Assembly: GCA_900548255.1 (NCBI GenBank)
Contig: URKH01000001.1
Coordinates: 1,332-65,331, forward strand
Length of the DNA: 64,000 nt
Direction of reading: 5' to 3'
Source of the DNA: an uncultured Collinsella sp.
GTDB taxonomy: Bacteria; Actinomycetota; Coriobacteriia; Coriobacteriales; Coriobacteriaceae
Shown piece after piece: positions 29,718 to 39,201 of the stretch; positions within the stretch are counted from its first letter, which is position 1; each line of letters opens with the position of its first letter. The notes under the pieces are model-generated. The model was given only the letters and a program-made list of their open reading frames with translations, was not told where the DNA came from and made no database searches. A program made the position numbers and the translations under genes.

Positions 29718-30344
29718 CTAACGAATGAAGTTGGTGCGCTCGCGATCGGCTTCGGGGGCTTCGATGCCGGCAGCCTGCCCTGCCTCGATACAATGCAGGA
29801 GCCAAGCCATGTTCTTGCCGATGTTGCGCATGGTGGCCAGGCCCTCGGCGTCCTGGGCGGCCTCGCCCGGCATGGCACCAAAGACGTTGTTCCAGTATGT
29901 GGAGGCCACCACGGGCATCTGGTTGATAGTGAAGTATTTGTTGAGTACATCGAAGGTGGTCGACGTGCCGCCGCGACGGGCGACGGCGACCGCGGCACCC
30001 GGCTTGTGCACAAAGGCCTTGCTGCCAGCATAGAATGCGCGGTCGAGAGCCGAGAGGATGCGTCCGCTGGGATGCGCATAGTAGACGGGGGAGCCAAAGA
30101 CAAAGCCATCTGCCTGCTCGGCGGCAGCGATGAGCTCGTTCACCACGTCGTCGTCAAAGGTGCAGCGACCGCCAAGCTTGCCGCACTGACCGCAGCCGAT
30201 GCAGTCGCGGATGGGCTTGGCGCCCAGTTGGAATACCTCGCTGTCGATGCCCTCGGCTTTAAGTTGCTCGGCGACTTCGGCGAGCGCGCGAGCGGTGTTG
30301 CCGTTTGCCTTGGGGCTGCCATTGACCAAAAGAACCTTCATCAC
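29718..30344 (-). CDS. Flavodoxin-like iron-sulfur flavoprotein
   Basis: NGSP...GNT, CIGCGQC....C and GSPVYYA motifs. Confidence 0.88.
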   Translation of the reverse strand: MMKVLLVNGSPKANGNTARALAEVAEQLKAEGIDSEVFQLGAKPIRDCIGCGQCGKLGGRCTFDDDVVNELIAAAEQADGFVFGSPVYYAHPSGRILSALDRAFYAGSKAFVHKPGAAVAVARRGGTSTTFDVLNKYFTINQMPVVASTYWNNVFGAMPGEAAQDAEGLATMRNIGKNMAWLLHCIEAGQAAGIEAPEADRERTNFIR

Positions 30345-30415
30345 AAACTCCCTCTGCTGTTGGTGACTTCTGCAGAGGATTATCGCACGATGGGGGAGGC
30401 GGTGCGGGCGTGGTG

Positions 30416-31945
30416 CTAATCCAGTTTGGTGCCTGGCACCTGCACGGCTTTCCCGAGCAACACTTTGAGCTCGTTCAAAATGGAAACGGGCTGTCGGTCG
30501 ACGGTATCCAGATGAAGCGTGGCCACGCGAAGGGGCGGCTGATATTCAAACGAGCCAAAGAGCACGGGAGAGCCCAGGAACCGCTCGATTTCCTTTGCGA
30601 TCGCGTCGGTCTCTTCGGGATCGAATTCGTCGAAAAGCGCCACGAACATCGGTCCGGTCGAGCGGAACAGACGACCCTTACCGCGCGAACAATCCATGAG
30701 GCAGGCGGCGCTCTCCGCCAAAACGCGGTCGCCTGCATCAAAGCCAAAGCGGGCATTGACCTGAGCGATATCGTCGATTTTAATGGCGACCAAGCCCGCC
30801 TTGCGCGCGACGCGACGCATTTCGCCAATGGCGTTGACCAGGGCGTGGATGTCGCCCAGGCCGGTCACGGAATCGGTCGTATCTGCCAAGCTGCGGTTGA
30901 TAATCATGCCCACGTACATGTTGGGCTCGGTATCGGTGCCGTCCAAGCGGTAGCCCGTGCAGTCGCAAAGCACGTATGCTTCGGTGGCATCCATCACGCG
31001 ATACTGCATGTAGTGGAAGTGCCACGTACCGTTTATCACCATGTCGAGCTCGGCGCGTACGTTGTCGCGGTCCTCGGGGTGAACGCGGGCAAGCCACAAG
31101 TCGAGTGAGTTGTAGGGATGCTGGGAGGGCAGGTCAAAATCGCGTACGGCATTAACCGACCATTGTGATTCGCCCGTATCGAGATTGAGGATAAACGGAT
31201 AGCGCGTCTCGGAGCTCATAGAGATCGCTTGGAATACGCGGTCGTTGCACGGAAGCTGCTCGGCAATTGGGTGTGGCGGCGCGTCATTGTCTTTCGGTTG
31301 CTGCACACGATGCATAAGCTTATAGCGATACATCTTGCGATCGGCATCCATCGTCATCTGGCGACGCGTGTCGCCGGCAAGTGGGTTGACGCGCGAGCAG
31401 CCAAAGCTAAAGCTAGCGATCATGGGCGCCTTGCCACCTGAGCTCGCCTCGATCAGCCCGGCACGTACCTGCTCCAAGCGCTGCTCGAGTTCAGTCTCGT
31501 TTGCAGAGAGCGAGATAAGCACAAACTTGTCTCCACCGATACGGAACAGCATCTCATCGTGCTCCATGGTTTCGGAGAGCGTGCGACAGATGCTCAGAAT
31601 ATAGCGATTGCCTTCGGCGTGGCCAAACCTATCATTGCAATGCTTGAGATGGTCGATGTCAATATAGGCGCAGGTGAAGGGGTCGCCTTTGCGCCAGAGC
31701 TGCTCGACGTGACGGTCGAGTCCGCCACGGTTGTCCAAGTTGGTGAGCGGATCGATATAGGCGTTGCACTCAAGCAGCTGGCGCTCTTGTTGCAGGATGG
31801 CATGCGTCTTTTGCAGTTGCTCACCAACGGCGCGTAGCTCAGCAGGCAGCACGGAAACATCGAGTTCGGCGGTCGAGACACCATTCGCAAGTCGCTGAAG
31901 ATAGGCAATAATCGATTGCTCGCCCAAGCGATATGACTCGTTCAT
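30416..31945 (-). CDS. GGDEF-PAS-degenerate GGDEF protein (active-site motif reads GGDKF)
   Basis: DPLT.L.NR, DIDHLKHCNDRFGH.EG, RIGGDKF, VHPED PAS motif. Confidence 0.85.
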   Translation of the reverse strand: MNESYRLGEQSIIAYLQRLANGVSTAELDVSVLPAELRAVGEQLQKTHAILQQERQLLECNAYIDPLTNLDNRGGLDRHVEQLWRKGDPFTCAYIDIDHLKHCNDRFGHAEGNRYILSICRTLSETMEHDEMLFRIGGDKFVLISLSANETELEQRLEQVRAGLIEASSGGKAPMIASFSFGCSRVNPLAGDTRRQMTMDADRKMYRYKLMHRVQQPKDNDAPPHPIAEQLPCNDRVFQAISMSSETRYPFILNLDTGESQWSVNAVRDFDLPSQHPYNSLDLWLARVHPEDRDNVRAELDMVINGTWHFHYMQYRVMDATEAYVLCDCTGYRLDGTDTEPNMYVGMIINRSLADTTDSVTGLGDIHALVNAIGEMRRVARKAGLVAIKIDDIAQVNARFGFDAGDRVLAESAACLMDCSRGKGRLFRSTGPMFVALFDEFDPEETDAIAKEIERFLGSPVLFGSFEYQPPLRVATLHLDTVDRQPVSILNELKVLLGKAVQVPGTKLD

Positions 31946-31983
31946 GATGAATAACCTCCTTGGGCAGAACAACGGTTTGTATC

Positions 31984-32014
31984 ATATCCCCAATTCGGTT
32001 TGAATTGGGGATAT
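31984..32014. promoter_or_regulatory. Perfect 13-bp inverted repeat between the two GGDEF genes
   Basis: atatccccaattc-ggttt-gaattggggatat. Confidence 0.55.
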
Positions 32015-32072
32015 AAGTTAGCTAATGGAGACAAATGTCCCCTTCGGCGGTGGTGTTTTGCGCGCGAGCGTA

Positions 32073-34790
32073 TCAGTTGTTTTTGCCACCATCGAGCAAT
32101 GCCTCAAAATCATTCGCCGGCATGGGGCGGTAGTAGAGGAAGCCCTGAGCGTAGCGGGCGCCCATGTGGCGTAGTATGTTTGCCTGCTCATTTGTCTCGA
32201 CGCCTTCGACCACGACGGGCAGATGGAGCGACTGCGCCATCTCGAGCATCGATGACACGATCTGCGCGCTGCGGCCTTGATCGCGGTCGGTGGGCACAAA
32301 GGTGCGGTCGAGCTTGATGACGTCGACGTTGACGTTCTTGAGCATCGCGAGCGTGGACTGGCCGGTGCCAAAATCGTCCATATAGGTCGAGAAGCCGCGG
32401 GTGTGCAGGTCGGCTGTCAGTTTGTCCACGGCCTCGGACTCCCCCGTATAAGCCGTCTCGGTGATCTCGATACGCATGAGCTCGGGCGGTAGGTTGTATT
32501 GGGCGGCGAGCGCCCCCATATGTTCGGCAACGTCGCAGGCAAGGATATCCACGCGCGACACATTAAGCGAGACCGGAACCACGCGAAGTCCTCGATCGAT
32601 GCGCCCGCGCAGCCACGAGGCGACACCCTGCCAAATGTACTTGTCGAGTGTCACCACAAAGCCGCTTTCCTCGAGTGCGGGGATAAACGTTGCGGGCGAA
32701 ATGAGAGAGCCGTCCTTGTCAATCCAGCGGGTGAGTGCTTCGGCGCCAATGATCTCGCCGGTTTCCATATCAACCTGGGGCTGCAGGTAGTAGGTGATGC
32801 GGTCGTTTGAGAGCGCATACTGGAACTCGGTGAGGGTGCGGTGAAACGCCACCTCGCGCTTGTATTCCTCGGGGCGAAAGACGGCGATGCGATCCTTAAA
32901 ATCGTTTTTGGCGCGCCGATTGGTAAACATGGCCTTGGCCTGCGCGTCGATGGTGATTTCCTCGTTGGGGTCGATGGGGCAAACGCCCATGGACGGCCAG
33001 AAACCCACGCCGTCATCATGCTTGGCCACGGCGGCGCGAACGCGGTTATAGATTTGATGGACGGTGTTGTGCTCAAAGGGGATGAGAATGCAAAAGTCGT
33101 CTTGGCCCCAGTATCCTGCGACGCCCATCTCGGCATTCTCGATGTCTTTGAGGACCGTGCCCACATCGGCGAGCACGCGGTCGCCCTCGGCCTGTCCGTG
33201 CCATTCGTTGAACAGTCGCATATGACCCATGTCGACGGTGGCGATACACCAAGCGGCGTCGCGCCTTGTCTTAAGAAATGCGTTGGCACGCCGCATAAAC
33301 TCGCTGGGTCGATAGAGGCCCGTGAGCGTATCGATGCGTTCGGCGACGGCGCTTTTACGCTCAATCTCGGGTATGGGGAGGCTGTCGTTGGGTGCAAGCC
33401 CGCCGGCGGCGCGAAGACGACGGTCGAGTTCGCCTAAAACAGCGGTCGCTTGATTGATTAAGCGCTCGTAAAAGGCCGGGACGACAAGACAGACGGGGGT
33501 AATGGTGTCGTTCGCGATTCGAACAGGAGCGAAAACGGCCTCTTTAAGATGATGGGTCAGTTGCTCGAATGCCTCGTGGTCCAGATCGTTGCTGAGCACG
33601 ACGAACTGGGCGTTTCGCGAGCGGAAGACGCGACTTCTGCCGCGGGTGATCGATAGCATGCGGCCTGCGTATTCGGCGAGCATGTTGTCGACAGCCTCGG
33701 CCCCGTAGAGCTCGTTGAACTTTGCCGTGCCACAAACGCGGACCGCTATAAGCCCCGTCTCGCAACGGTCGCGACGGCAGGCATCGATAGCGTTGATCAG
33801 CATACGCTGCGTTCCGAGGCCCGTGGCGGCGTCGACGGTCTCGGCGAGTGAGTGGTTAACAAGTTCGCCGACATAGAGCGAGGGGGTATTTCCGTCGCCG
33901 TCGATGCGAAACCCGCGAGCGCGGCAGAGGACGTAGTCGCCCGCGGCATTGCGCATGCGGTACTGCATGACGCGGCGGTGTTTGGAGCCATTATAGATTT
34001 GGTCGATGTCGTTGATGTAGGCCTCAAGGTCATCGGGGTGGACGCGCGTTTTCCAGTAATCGTGGCAGTTGTCTACATGCTCAGAAGGAAGACCGAGATC
34101 GCGCAGGGCGCCTTGTGACCATAGGGTGCGATGTTTGTCCAAGTTCTCGATAAAGCAATAACGGCCTTCGTTGAGCATCGAAAAGGCGTCAAAAACGCGA
34201 TCGCTTATTTCGAAGTCGTCGGTGTGGACTTGCGCGATATTGCGTCGATCAAGATGCATGGCATGGCGTAGCTTGTAGTCGTACATGCGATGGTCGGCAT
34301 CGAGTGTCATGCGATTGGAGGCTTCACCCAGGGCGGGGTCGGCGTGCGACACTCCGTAGCTAAACGAGTGAGGCATCTCGGAATCGTTGTTTTTGAGTAG
34401 GACCGTTCGGCAGTGTTCCAGGCGCTCGGCGAGGTCGTCCTCGGTCGCAATCGTAGACAGGATGGCAAACTCGTCGCCGCCTATGCGAAACGCCGCCTCG
34501 TCCACTTTCATATACAGCTTGAGATAGAGACTTACCTGCAAGATATAGCGGTTGCCCTCGTCATGCCCAAAGACGTCGTTGCAGTGCTTAAGGTTATCGA
34601 TGTCGATAAATGCCATGGTCACGGGCAGTTCCTGCTCCCAGATTTCCTCTAGGGAATGGGCAAAGCCGCCGCGGTTGCCAAGTCCGGTGAGCTGGTCGGT
34701 AAAGGCCGTCCTAATCAGATCATCCTGACGCTCGAGAAGGTCACGGACGGTCTTTTCGAGCGTTTCGGTGTAATTGCTGGCGGTGTCCAT
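32073..34790 (-). CDS. Diguanylate cyclase/phosphodiesterase: GGDEF-PAS-GGDEF(degenerate)-GGDEF(degenerate)-EAL
   Basis: RIGGDEF, VHPDD, GQDDF, QPQV..EAL.RW, DDFGTG, IKLD and EGVE motifs. Start uncertain. Confidence 0.92.
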   Translation of the reverse strand: MDTASNYTETLEKTVRDLLERQDDLIRTAFTDQLTGLGNRGGFAHSLEEIWEQELPVTMAFIDIDNLKHCNDVFGHDEGNRYILQVSLYLKLYMKVDEAAFRIGGDEFAILSTIATEDDLAERLEHCRTVLLKNNDSEMPHSFSYGVSHADPALGEASNRMTLDADHRMYDYKLRHAMHLDRRNIAQVHTDDFEISDRVFDAFSMLNEGRYCFIENLDKHRTLWSQGALRDLGLPSEHVDNCHDYWKTRVHPDDLEAYINDIDQIYNGSKHRRVMQYRMRNAAGDYVLCRARGFRIDGDGNTPSLYVGELVNHSLAETVDAATGLGTQRMLINAIDACRRDRCETGLIAVRVCGTAKFNELYGAEAVDNMLAEYAGRMLSITRGRSRVFRSRNAQFVVLSNDLDHEAFEQLTHHLKEAVFAPVRIANDTITPVCLVVPAFYERLINQATAVLGELDRRLRAAGGLAPNDSLPIPEIERKSAVAERIDTLTGLYRPSEFMRRANAFLKTRRDAAWCIATVDMGHMRLFNEWHGQAEGDRVLADVGTVLKDIENAEMGVAGYWGQDDFCILIPFEHNTVHQIYNRVRAAVAKHDDGVGFWPSMGVCPIDPNEEITIDAQAKAMFTNRRAKNDFKDRIAVFRPEEYKREVAFHRTLTEFQYALSNDRITYYLQPQVDMETGEIIGAEALTRWIDKDGSLISPATFIPALEESGFVVTLDKYIWQGVASWLRGRIDRGLRVVPVSLNVSRVDILACDVAEHMGALAAQYNLPPELMRIEITETAYTGESEAVDKLTADLHTRGFSTYMDDFGTGQSTLAMLKNVNVDVIKLDRTFVPTDRDQGRSAQIVSSMLEMAQSLHLPVVVEGVETNEQANILRHMGARYAQGFLYYRPMPANDFEALLDGGKNN

Positions 34791-35109
34791 GTTGTAAGCG
34801 GCTTTCTGAGGTCGGGGCGGATGGCGTCGGGCGAGCTCGTAGTGTACACGCGTCGTTGCTCGGCGCCTTGCGTGTATCCAGGCCCCCGCCTTGCTGCGTT
34901 GTTGAGTTACTTTGCCGGCTAATGTTCGCTGTTGATAACAGCTGAGTAGTATAGACAACAGTGCACAATTATATATGGGCGCACATGCTGTGGGCGGCTA
35001 TTATTCGCCAAACGGCAACGCCTGGGTGCGCATGAAAAATGCGACTGAGTCGATATATGTTGACGGGTATACTTGTCCCGTTTTAAAACGCAGGAACGGA
35101 GATGGTCAC

Positions 35110-35979
35110 ATGGCACAGCCGGATACGACGCGCACGGTGGGGCTTGCGCTCGAGGGAGGCGGCTACCGCGGTATGTATACGGCGGGCGTGCTCGACGTTT
35201 GGATGGAGCGCGGTTTGACCTGCGACCATATGGTGGGTGTCTCGGCGGGCGCGGCGTTTGGCTACAACTTTAAATCGCGCCAGATCGGCCGTGCCATTCG
35301 TTACAACAAGGCCTATTGCGCCGACAAGCGCTATGCGAGCGTGACCAGCTGGCTGCGAACCGGCGATATGTTCAATGCCGATTTTGCCTATCACGAGGTG
35401 CCTATCGAGCGCGATCCCATCGACTTGGAGGCGTATCGCGCCTGCCCCATGCGATTTACGTGCGTGTGTACCGATATCGAGACGGGCAAGGCCGTCTACC
35501 ACGATCTACCGTATGGCGACGAGCGCGATATCGAGTGGATCCGGGCGTCGTCTGCCATTCCTGTGGCGACGCGTCCCGTTGCTATTGACGGGCATAAGTA
35601 TCTGGATGGTGGCGTGGCTGATTCTATTCCCAGCGCATGGCTGTTTGCGCAGGGGTATGACCGCAATATCGTGGTACTCACGCAGCCGGCGGGCTTTGTG
35701 AAGCAGCCCAACAGCGTGATGCCCATGCTGCGGCGCGTGTTCCGTCACTATCCGGAGTTTGTTGCAGCGCTTGAGCATCGGCATGAGGTCTACAATGCCA
35801 CGCTCGATGACCTGGCACGTCGAGAGGCTGCCGGGGAAATCTTTGTGGTGCGGCCGAGCGAATCGGTGAAGGTGCCGTCGCTGTGCCGCGAACCGGATGA
35901 GCTCGAGCGCATCTACCAGGTCGGCCGCCACGATGCAGAGGCGACTTTGCCGGCGTTGGAAGCGTATCTGGCGGGGTAA
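35110..35979 (+). CDS. Patatin-like phospholipase family protein
   Basis: GGGYRG, GVSAG and DGG motifs. Confidence 0.9.
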   Translation: MAQPDTTRTVGLALEGGGYRGMYTAGVLDVWMERGLTCDHMVGVSAGAAFGYNFKSRQIGRAIRYNKAYCADKRYASVTSWLRTGDMFNADFAYHEVPIERDPIDLEAYRACPMRFTCVCTDIETGKAVYHDLPYGDERDIEWIRASSAIPVATRPVAIDGHKYLDGGVADSIPSAWLFAQGYDRNIVVLTQPAGFVKQPNSVMPMLRRVFRHYPEFVAALEHRHEVYNATLDDLARREAAGEIFVVRPSESVKVPSLCREPDELERIYQVGRHDAEATLPALEAYLAG

Positions 35980-35990
35980 GGGTCGCATAC

Positions 35991-36036
35991 GGAAAGCGCA
36001 TCCCGGAATGGAGGCCCAAACTGGGATGCGCTTTCC
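35991..36036. terminator. Hairpin between convergent genes
   Basis: ggaaagcgcatccc ... gggatgcgctttcc, 14-bp perfect arms. Confidence 0.65.
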
Positions 36037-36080
36037 ATTGCTGAAGATATGAGGCTGCGAATCAGCTGTTCGGCCTATGC

Positions 36081-36776
36081 CTATGCCTGCTGCCAGGTGT
36101 CGACAAGCTCCTTGGCTGCGGCATGGGGGTCGTCGGCGCTGCAGACGGCGCTTACCACAAAGAAGCCGTCGACGCCGGTGGCCTTAAGCTGCGGCAAGTC
36201 GGCCGTCTTAACGCCGCCGCCCACCACGATGGGCACGGGGCTTGCCGCGTGGAGTGCGGCAAGGTCCTCAAAGCTCTTGGTGATGATGGAGCCATCGGCT
36301 GCGCGTCCGCAGTCGCGCTTGGTCTCGGTCTCGTGGAGCGGGCCGATGCCCAGGTAGTCGACCAGACTCATGTCGGCGGTCTTGACGTACTCGAGCATTT
36401 CCTCGCAACGGGCCGAAAGGCCCACGATGGCGTCGGGGCCCAGCAGCTTGCGACAGACCTCGACGGGAATATCGCTCTGGCCCACGTGCACGCCGTCGAC
36501 CGCAATGCCCTGCTCGCGTGCGGCGAGTACGCAGTCAAGGCGGTCATCGATCAGCAAGGCGACCTGACCGGTCTTGCCGGCCTGTGCGATTGCCTGCGCG
36601 GCGTCGCCGGTCAGCGCAATGATCTCGCGGGCGCTTGCCACCTTGGAGCGCACCTGAATGCAGGTAAAGCCGGCGTCGAGCGCCTGGGCCACCACATCGC
36701 CCACGGGGCGTCCGAGGGTGTTTTCGGGGCCGAGCACCAGATAGGCCGAGATATCAAGGTTGTCGCGGATGCTCAT
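36081..36776 (-). CDS. thiE: Thiamine-phosphate synthase
   Basis: IQVRSK, IDDRLD, GVHVGQSD, GLS, DYLGIGP..T.TK; in a TPP-controlled operon. Confidence 0.93.
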   Translation of the reverse strand: MSIRDNLDISAYLVLGPENTLGRPVGDVVAQALDAGFTCIQVRSKVASAREIIALTGDAAQAIAQAGKTGQVALLIDDRLDCVLAAREQGIAVDGVHVGQSDIPVEVCRKLLGPDAIVGLSARCEEMLEYVKTADMSLVDYLGIGPLHETETKRDCGRAADGSIITKSFEDLAALHAASPVPIVVGGGVKTADLPQLKATGVDGFFVVSAVCSADDPHAAAKELVDTWQQA

Positions 36777-37114
36777 CGTGCTTCCTCCTGCTTTTTGATC
36801 TGCGCTTCCATGCGCTTGAGTTTGCCGGTCATGGTGTCGGTAAATCCAGGTCGAATATCGGCTTTGAGCACGACTTCGGTTCGGATGCCCTTGTTCGCTA
36901 ACACAAAGGTCGCGTCGCGCACGACCTGCATGACCTCGTCCCAGTCGCCCTCGATCTCGGTGAACATCGAGGTGGTGCGGTTGGGAAGGCCGCTCTCGCG
37001 AATGACGCGCACGACCTCGGCGACCTCGGCGGACAGTTCATCGCCGGTGCCGCACGGGGCGATGGCCACAGCGACGAGCGTGTTCATGCCGGCATTGGTT
37101 GCGGGCTCGGACAT
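36773..37114 (-). CDS. MTH1187/YkoF-like thiamine-binding protein
   Basis: S..VA.....I.ESGL.....MFTEIEG.WDEV...K.D.RPG; lies between thiM and thiE. Confidence 0.85.
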   Translation of the reverse strand: MSEPATNAGMNTLVAVAIAPCGTGDELSAEVAEVVRVIRESGLPNRTTSMFTEIEGDWDEVMQVVRDATFVLANKGIRTEVVLKADIRPGFTDTMTGKLKRMEAQIKKQEEAR

Positions 37115-37117
37115 GGC

Positions 37118-37957
37118 TTATGCCTCCTCGAGCTCGAGTTGGTTATCGGCGATGTCTTGGGCGGTTGCGCGGTAGAGCTCGTCGATAAAGGCGACCTTAA
37201 AGCTTGCCGGGGCATCGGCGACGGCGGCGGCACGCGTGCCGGCGACGTTGTAGACGGCGGTACCGCAGACGGCTGCCGTAAACGGATCGGCAGCGCAGGC
37301 GTACACGGCCAGCACGCCGCCCTGCGAGCAACCGCAGCCGGTAATCTTGGACATGAGCGGGCTGCCGCCGTGGGATTTGGCCACGGTCGTGCCGTCGGTA
37401 ATCAGGTCGACTTCGCCCGAGACCACAACGGCGCCGCCGGTGTAGCGAGCGAGCGCCACGGCGGCATCGCGGGCGGCGTCGACCGTGTCGGTGGTATCGA
37501 CACCACGTACGCGGCTCAGATCGGCCGACTCACCCTCAAGACCCCACAGGCCGGAGAGTGCGATGATCTCGGAGGCGTTGCCGCGTACGATGGCGGGCTT
37601 GTACTGCTTGAGCTCGTTTACCAGCTGGGTGCGCAGGCTACCGATGCCCAGACCCACCGGATCGAGCACCCAGGGCTTGCCGGCGTCGTGTGCCGCCTTG
37701 GCCGCGCGGGGAATCGTCTGCTCGTAGATGGGGAAGAGCGTGCCCATGTTGAGATAGATGGCGGCGCCGCCGGCAACGAGCGCCTCGCCCTCGTCGGGCA
37801 GATAGACCATGGCGGCCGAACCGCCCACGGCGAGCTGCGCGTTGGCGACAAAGTCGATCGTCACCGTGTTGGTGATGGAGCCGGCCATCGGATTGGTGGC
37901 TCGAATCTCCTCTACGGCCTTGACCATATGTTGCTTAAGCTGTTCCGAATCAATCAC
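37118..37957 (-). CDS. thiM: Hydroxyethylthiazole kinase
   Basis: ITNTV..DFVANAQLAVGGS, NMGT, VLDPVG, RGNASEI, ITGCGC. GTG start with SD AAGGAGG. Confidence 0.93.
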   Translation of the reverse strand: MIDSEQLKQHMVKAVEEIRATNPMAGSITNTVTIDFVANAQLAVGGSAAMVYLPDEGEALVAGGAAIYLNMGTLFPIYEQTIPRAAKAAHDAGKPWVLDPVGLGIGSLRTQLVNELKQYKPAIVRGNASEIIALSGLWGLEGESADLSRVRGVDTTDTVDAARDAAVALARYTGGAVVVSGEVDLITDGTTVAKSHGGSPLMSKITGCGCSQGGVLAVYACAADPFTAAVCGTAVYNVAGTRAAAVADAPASFKVAFIDELYRATAQDIADNQLELEEA

Positions 37958-37978
37958 TGCACATGCCTCCTTGGCATA

Positions 37979-38011
37979 GAAAAGGGGCGCTGTGCATAGA
38001 CAGCGCCCCTG
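37979..38011 (-). terminator. Riboswitch expression-platform terminator
   Basis: Minus strand aggggcgctgtctatgcacagcgccccttttc, between the aptamer and thiM. Confidence 0.75.
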
Positions 38012-38021
38012 TAAAGGCGGC

Positions 38022-38113
38022 ATGCTCCCTACGCCAGCATTAACTGACAGGTTCAAAGGATTGGGCCCTATGCCCTCTCAGCCTTGTGGTTTGCACCGCC
38101 GGCACTCCCGCAT
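38022..38113 (-). ncRNA. TPP riboswitch
   Basis: Minus strand GGGAGTGC...GCTGAGAG...ATCCTTTGAACCTG-TCAGTTAATGCTGGCGTAGGGAGC, upstream of thiM. Confidence 0.93.
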
Positions 38114-38140
38114 CGAATCTGTTGTTCCCTATACTAGCGC

Positions 38141-38242
38141 ACCTGCCAATATGGGACAGGTTTATTTTGGCAGGTGGCAACAGGGGCGCTGCATTTTCCC
38201 AGATAAAACCTGCCAAGATAAACCTGTCCCTTATTGGCAGGT
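38141..38242. repeat. Inverted doublet of the 35-bp GGGAC-core hairpin element
   Basis: acctgccaatatgggacaggtttattttggcaggt (38141-38175) and its inverse with 2 mismatches (38208-38242). Confidence 0.9.
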
Positions 38243-38282
38243 CGTTACAATAGACGGGATAAAGAATGACCGAGGGGACCTT

Positions 38283-39191
38283 ATGATCAAACTTGTGCTG
38301 ACCGATATGGACGATACGCTGATTCCTGCTGGACACGATGTCGCCGGCGACTGCGCCATCGAGGGCATTCATGCCATGCAGGCGGCGGGCCTGCATTTTG
38401 GCCCGGTTTCGGGTCGCCAGCCGTCCGCGATGAGCTGGATGTTCCGCAATCGCTCCGAGTGCTTCTCGACCGGTGCGTTTTGCAACGGCCAGGTGATGTT
38501 TGTCGATGGCGAGGCGGTTGCCTCGCGCGCAACTGATAACGATGCCCTTATGCGCCTGGCCGACTACCTGGAGCAAGAGACCGACGATACCTATTTGAAG
38601 GTCTACCGTCTGGGTGATGACTTTTGGGACAACGACGCCTATTGCGTGACAAGCGATCCCGAGCGTGCGCGTCGCGCCATGGAGTCAGGCGGCAACGCGT
38701 GGCTCAAGGGCGAAGAGGCTCCCTGTCGCCCTGTCGTTGACGATGCCCCGGTATACAAGGCGAATATCTGGAGTGCCCGTTCGCGCGAGGAGCTCGCCGA
38801 GCTGCGCGAGCGTGTTGCCGCCGAGGTGCCGGAGCTCTCGCTCGTGTTTCCCAACAACCGCGTGCGCCTGTTCGACGTTCTTCCGACCGGCTGGGACAAG
38901 GGCTGTGCTGCGCTGGAGCTGGCGCGCGCTTTGGGCCTGACGCCCGACGAGGTGGCCGTATTCGGCGATTCCGATAACGATTTGCCCATGATCGATGCCG
39001 TTCCCAATTCCGTTGCAGTCGCCAATGCCAACGAGGCCGTCACGGCTGCCGCGCGCTGGCATATCGGCGCTGCGGCAGATGATGCGGTTGCCGGGGCTCT
39101 GCATCAGATTGCCGCCTGCGCCGCGACGGGGGAGATGCCGTCGTTTATGCGTCAGATGGACGCGACGGGTTTCGACGTCACGAACGTCTAG
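38283..39191 (+). CDS. Cof-like HAD hydrolase
   Basis: DMDDTL, SGR, NG, DKG, FGDSDNDLPM and AVANA motifs. Confidence 0.9.
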   Translation: MIKLVLTDMDDTLIPAGHDVAGDCAIEGIHAMQAAGLHFGPVSGRQPSAMSWMFRNRSECFSTGAFCNGQVMFVDGEAVASRATDNDALMRLADYLEQETDDTYLKVYRLGDDFWDNDAYCVTSDPERARRAMESGGNAWLKGEEAPCRPVVDDAPVYKANIWSARSREELAELRERVAAEVPELSLVFPNNRVRLFDVLPTGWDKGCAALELARALGLTPDEVAVFGDSDNDLPMIDAVPNSVAVANANEAVTAAARWHIGAAADDAVAGALHQIAACAATGEMPSFMRQMDATGFDVTNV

Positions 39192-39201
39192 GGAGAAAGC
39201 C

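Noticed and set aside
32021..32052. Another GGGAC-core hairpin unit
   Set aside because: It contains GGGGAC on the minus strand but has no complementary arms at the expected spacing.
34791..35100. c-di-GMP riboswitch upstream of the GGDEF/EAL gene
   Set aside because: No GEMM consensus elements were recognisable.
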